Assembly (NCBI GenBank): GCA_008632985.1
Contig: QPGO01000019.1
Location: 744,001 to 808,000 of the forward strand
Source: Psammoneis japonica
Taxonomy: Eukaryota
Reading direction: 5' to 3'
DNA length: 64,000 bases
This document shows positions 58,816 to 64,000 of this stretch, piece after piece. The translations under genes and the position numbers were made by a program. Positions within the stretch are counted from its first letter, which is position 1; each line of letters begins with the position of its first letter. Under the pieces are notes generated by a model. The model did no database searches. It worked only from the letters and a program-made list of their open reading frames with translations, and was not told the origin of the DNA.

Positions 58816-60400
58816 CCACACTTGGCAGTTCCGACAGTGTTGACAACAGCGCACTACTCGGTGCAGATGATGGAGTCATGGGCGGCACATGTGACGGTAC
58901 ATCACTTGGCATTGCGGATGGCACATGTGACGGCACAGAAGGTGCATTTTGACGGAACTGCTGACAGTGTTGTGGATGGCATGTCACTTGGTTCAAACAA
59001 TGGATTTGTCAATGGTGCATGTGGTGCATGACTAAGAAATGATCTGGGAACCGTCAAAGGTGTTTCTGATGGCACGTCGCTCTGTGCATCAGATGGAACT
59101 GTCAACGGCACACAGGTGGCGGTGGGCGCATTGGCAGATGGCAGAACAGGTGGTGTTGGGTGCGGCGTGCTAGACGGCGTTGGACGTGTTGCACTGGCAG
59201 ATGCAGACGCAGGCGGCAATGGGCGTGGAGCACTAGACGGCATTGGACGTGTTGCACTGGTGGATGGCAGAATGGGTGGCATTGGGTGCGGCGTGCTAGA
59301 CGGCGTTGGACGCGTTGCAACAGCAGATGGTGGCGCAGGCGGCTTTTGGCGTGGAGCTCTGGACGGCATTGGACGTGTTGCACTGGTGGATGGCAGAATG
59401 GGTGGCATTGGGTGCGGCGTGCTAGACGGCATTGGATGTGTTGCACTGGTGGATGGTGGCGCAGGCGGCGATGGGCGTGGAGCACTGGTGGATGGCATTG
59501 GATGCGTTGCACTGGCAGATGGTGGTGCAGGCGGTGATGGGCGTGGAGCTCTAGACGGCATTGGACGTGTTGCACTGGTGGATGGCAGAATGGGTGGCAT
59601 TGGGTGTGGCGTGCTAGACGGTGTTGGACGTGTTGCACCAGTGGATGGTGGCGCAGGCGGCGATGGGCGTGGAGCACCAGTGGATGGCAGAATGGGTGGC
59701 ATTCGGTGTGGCGTGCTGGACGGCGTTGGACATGTTGCACTGGCAGATGGTGGCGATTGGCATGGCGCAGACGGTGTTGGATGTGTTGTAACGCAACAAT
59801 GAAACACCCCCTGGCAGATGGTGGCAATGGGCATGGCGCAGATGGCATTGGACATGTTGCATGTGCACAGAATTAGCTTCACATCAGCTTCATGTTGCAG
59901 TGGCCCCTGGAATTGTTGAGTGCGTCGGAATTGAATGTGTGATTGCACTGGTGGGAGCGTGGGGTGCCGGTGGCATCATGTTCTTGTTTTGGTTGCGTCT
60001 TGTGCATGAGGCAAATGCATTGGAGCTGGCGAGGAAACACAAACGCGACAAGAATGCAATGCGTGCAGAATTGTCAAGTGCGCATGGAATTGAATGCGGG
60101 GCTGTGCAGGTGGGAGCGTGGGCTGCCAGCACAGTGGCATCATGCCGGTGTTCTTGTTTCAATTGCATCTTGTGCAAGGCAAATGCACTGGAGCTGGTGA
60201 GGAAACACAACAATGCAATGCCCCTGGGATTGTCGAGTGCGCATGGAGTTGAATGCGTGCTTGTGCCGGTGGGAGCATGAGCTGCCAGCACAGCAGCATC
60301 ACACTCTTGTTGCGATTGCGTCTTGCACGAGGCAAAAGTGCTGGAGTGCAACAGACCCACAGAAGCAGTCAATTTTAAACCGGCAAAAAACATTCCAAAG
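58816..60400 (-). pseudogene. Decayed mucin-like Pro/Ser/Thr repeat gene with ~60/120-bp and ~165-bp tandem units
   Basis: ORF 58902-59948 of PTPSSTPHPMPPILPST repeats and PSDVPS-type repeats; three ~165-bp units at ~59905-60350; TA-depleted. Confidence 0.55.
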
Positions 60401-60921
60401 ACAATGCAGAACAGCAGTGGATGGAACTGCATTGTCAAACAATGTGTGATTGGTTGATGGACAATCGCGTCAAAACCGCATTGTTGCACCACCAACTTAA
60501 AAAGTCTAGCACATTTCATTTGCACTCTGGTGTCAACTGCTTCCATCTGAAAATCGTCCATGCCAGATGCAACCGAGTTCTTGTCATCTGTGCCATTGAG
60601 CAAGCGCAAGTGTGGCATCAAGGTCAACTCGAGTGCCGACGTGGAACGAGCACATGACACATGGCTTGCCTTTGGGTTCCAGACTGATTTTGTGCACAAT
60701 CCTTCAATGTAAATGTGTGACATCAATGACTGCTTCTTTACACTGGCAATGAAGGAGTTGTTTTGATCTTGTTGTCTCTGACAACCTTGTCAACTGCCTT
60801 TCTCGCAACTGCTTGATGTTGTGGGCTCTTCAGATGTCTTGTGTCTTTTTCGATTTTTCGCGCACGTGGCGCACTGTCACCCGTTTTTTTCAATGTCCTG
60901 GTCTCCATTCAGTCTTGCCTT

Positions 60922-61006
60922 TGCTGCATTTTTCAGCAAATGCTGAAATGCAGCATGTTTCAGCAAATGCTGAAACCTGCCATGTTTCAACAGAAAATGC
61001 TGAAAC
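60922..61006. repeat. Three short palindromic units TTTCAGCA-AA-TGCTGAAA
   Basis: Units at 60931-60948, 60958-60975 and a variant at 60985-61005. The first extends to a longer hairpin, 60922-60955. Confidence 0.8.
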
Positions 61007-61199
61007 ACGCAAAGTCATTGGCTTTCGAGTGATCCGTGAGATTTGGCATGGAGAGACTTGTTTTCTGGAGTGCGAACTTGCATTTTTGGAGATGACGCAG
61101 CACTGGCCCACACTCCACCTTGTTTGAGCCATTCTTCATTGTTTTTGAGGCCCTTGGTTTGGTGAGAAATGGAGTTGTCATTGTGTGTGGATCAAAACA

Positions 61200-63760
61200 T
61201 GGGTCTTTTTGCTGTTGTCTCTTTGCCTTTTTGTTGAGCGGCAAAAGGCAAAACCCACGCTTTGACCTCATTTGTTCAGCTCACAACAGCACATTTGATG
61301 ATGCCCATTGATGGCATCAACTCAACACAACCACAAAAAGTTTCCCCTGTCTTGGCTGTGCTGTGTGTTTGTTCTGTGGCAAGAAACACTGTGCACTGCC
61401 ACGTTGACAGGAAACACCTCAAGATGGAAATTTGTCATGAACCAAACTTTCATGTTTGTTTGTTCAATGCACCTCCTCTCATGCCTGCCTCCCAGTGATG
61501 TCATCTCTTCATTGTGGACGCAAAAAGCATCCCCCATCTAACGCATGGCTGTGTGTTTAATTTGTGGCAAGAAATGTCTGTCACACTTGTGTGGTCTCAC
61601 ACCAGCCATTTGTGGTTGTTGCTGACCCATGCTTTGATGTTCATTCATTCATTTCATCTTCTCACTGACACTTCTTGGATCTCCAATCTCTTCTTCATGG
61701 CTGTGAAAGAACTGCAATGCCTTGCACTTGCTTTTTGTGGGGTCTGTGCAGCATGGAGCAAACCATGAGCACTTTGCTCTCATCCAGGATGAGTTGCAGC
61801 TGAGCAGCACCGGTGTGATGCATGATGCCACCAATGAAAACAAGGAAGTGATGGCACCCAGATGACAGAAGCCTTTGCTTGGTGTCGCCGCTCTGTTTCA
61901 TGGCTTGATCAGAAAAAGGACCATGTTCTTGTCACCATTGCATGCAACATCAACCACAAAATTCTGCATCAGAAATCAGAGCAGCTGTCTCTCCAACAAG
62001 CAGCAGAAAATTGGTCTTGCATTTGTCAACAGAAGCCCCAGCACCTGGGAGCATTGATCCTCAAAAGTTGCACATCAAGTGCCCTTGCTGACAACTCAGT
62101 GTCCAAAGCCATCTCTGGTCAAGTTCCTTTGCTTGCAATGCAGGAAGTTGTCAATCACTGCCTTGGCATGCATGCAAAACAGTTGGAATGGTTTCTTCCA
62201 CATCTCTTCCAACACCCCAGATGGTCATTTGTCGCTGTTGGTTCCATTTTTGTGGCACTCCCCATGCAAAATTTGCGTTGTTCTTCATTGCTGTGACCTC
62301 CTCCTTGAATGCTTCTTTTGTTGTCTCAGCCATTTCCTTGGGACATGCTCTGTGACAACCAATGTCCAATCTTGGAACCAACGCCAATTGACACTTGGCT
62401 CATTGAACAAAAATTGCCCCAGCCACATGCTTTTCCCTTGCTGTCTTCTTCTCCAGTTGGCATTTTGCTTGGTGCAAAAAAACATTCACTGAAAGAATCT
62501 TGGGAACAAACACTGCCAACCCCCATTTGCACACTTCTTCCAAGCCACCAACTCTTTTTTTTGCAAGTGCCTCTTCTGAATTTTCGGTGCTTTCCCACCA
62601 ACTCTTGTCAGCAACTGCTGCGCTGCCCTGTTTCTTTTTCTTTCCATTCCTCTTGCCAAGGTTTTGACTCTGCATCCTTTTTTGTTTGATCATCTTCTTC
62701 CTTCTGATTTCCTTCATTTCCTCATTCGGCAACCATGTGTTGTCATCTTCTCCTTTGTCATCATCCACAAAAAGGGGTGAATCCACCACCCTTCTTCTTG
62801 CTTCTGCCTTGTGTTCTGCTTTTGCTCCACCACACATCCAGCGCAGCTTGGCTCTGTCCACACCATGTGGCTGCTTTGCAAAACACTTTCTGCATTTCCA
62901 AATCTTTCTTTCATCCTTTTCAGTGCTGCTTGCTGTCACACTCTTCACATCAACTCCTTTCTTGAGTGCATTTTCCATTCTCTTTGCTTGCAATTTGGCT
63001 CTCAACTTCTTCCTCTTTGATGCCAGCTCTTGCCAATGTTGACACATCTTGAGTTTTGCTCTTGCGTGCTTTGACATTTGCTTTGGATTGAACACATGCA
63101 ACACAAGCTGCACTCCAAACACAAGAAGCTTGTTAAATTTCTCTGCACACATTTGAACTCTGTCATGCACCAACCCTGTGTCATTCTAAATGGGGTGCAG
63201 CAAAATGGGCACTGCCAAAATTGGTGCTGATTGGACCATCTTCATTTCTTTCCTCACACTCTCTTTCTTTTGCTCTTTTTTCAACCTCTCAATTTCTTTC
63301 TCATTTTTTCTTTTTTCCCTTCCTTTTTTCTCACACTCTCCTTCCCCTCATCTAATCTTTCCCTGTTGCTTGCCATTGCACTGTCATCAGATGCATTCAT
63401 TTGCTTTTGAGACACTTCGCAAATCACTCCAAACTTCCCTCCATCAAATTCATTCGCACACGTGTCATGTTCATTCTGATTGACACCCCCACCCTTGCTG
63501 CTTGGACATCTTTTCTGCACGGCTCATGTTTGAGCATCCCCTTTCCCTTCAACTTTCTTCTTTTCAGCTCTTGTCCTTGTCAACTTTGCCATTTCTTCAC
63601 AAAACACGTGCATTTTCTCATGTCACCTCCACTTTTGCGCATTTTTGCTGACCCCATCAATGTCTTTTTTCACCACATCACCATGATTTTGCCATTCGCA
63701 GCCCATGTTTGCAGGGTGCATTTCTTCTCACGACACCTCTCACCTCCTCCTCGCCTCTAT
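61200..63760 (-). pseudogene. Long degenerate reading frame with Lys/Glu-rich region (unidentified, possibly transposon-derived)
   Basis: K/E/R-rich minus-strand ORFs (62400-63173, 63281-63520); near-complete TA loss; no recognisable catalytic motif. Confidence 0.35.
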
Positions 63761-64000
63761 CTATCTCACCTTCTTCCCCTCTGCAGCGCAGCCGCCCAGC
63801 ACCCAAGCACCACCTCCCCTCCTTCCGAGGGATGGGCGTTCAGTTAGTCTGCGCGCACTTGCTTGATGTGTGAGCCACACGCCACCAACTGCAGTGCACT
63901 GCAGTGCTGCCGCACGACATACAGACCATAATCGGGTCCATCGCCGCGCCGGCGCCGGCCGCCGCCAACAGTACTGTACATATTCGAATATTGTAGATAA

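Noticed and set aside
59100..59850. Regular repeats resembling a CRISPR array or a Gly-rich protein on the + strand
   Set aside because: No unique spacers, units are multiples of 3, and the context is eukaryotic. Best read as a decayed Pro/Thr repeat gene on the minus strand.
1..64000. Alternative genetic code or stop-codon reassignment
   Set aside because: Intact genes use Tyr and end at TAA, TAG or TGA normally; the anomalies are confined to decayed blocks.

Overview
Eukaryotic genomic DNA, very probably a pennate diatom (a frustulin gene with CEGDCD-type ACR repeats, short GT-AG introns, compact gene spacing). Intact gene islands encode an ARM+MYND protein, a PDR-type ABCG transporter, a tandem-PADR1 protein, an SDR, a GH29 fucosidase, an ankyrin-like protein, a sulfatase, an FN3-nucleoredoxin, a twin-CX9C protein, a frustulin, a membrane class-3 lipase, an M64-like peptidase, RAE1 and a GGCT-like protein. 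These alternate with sharply bounded blocks (~1-1020, ~3520-8390, ~23600-27650, ~30450-33420, ~48150-51880, ~55600-63760) almost devoid of the dinucleotide TpA. Comparing duplicated copies inside the window shows why: TpA has been converted to TpG or CpA (A>G in TpA context on either strand; 16 of 18 differences in a 322-bp hand alignment). This domain-limited hypermutation runs opposite to fungal RIP and has hit duplicated host genes, a Ty1/copia relic and DNA-transposon derivatives. Other highlights are a DNA-transposon family with GACGCGTT-type termini and 4-bp TSDs (four insertions, plus one matching empty site) and an 8-nt micro-exon flanked by two paralogous introns in the ABCG gene. All alignments and counts were done by eye; no database searches were run.
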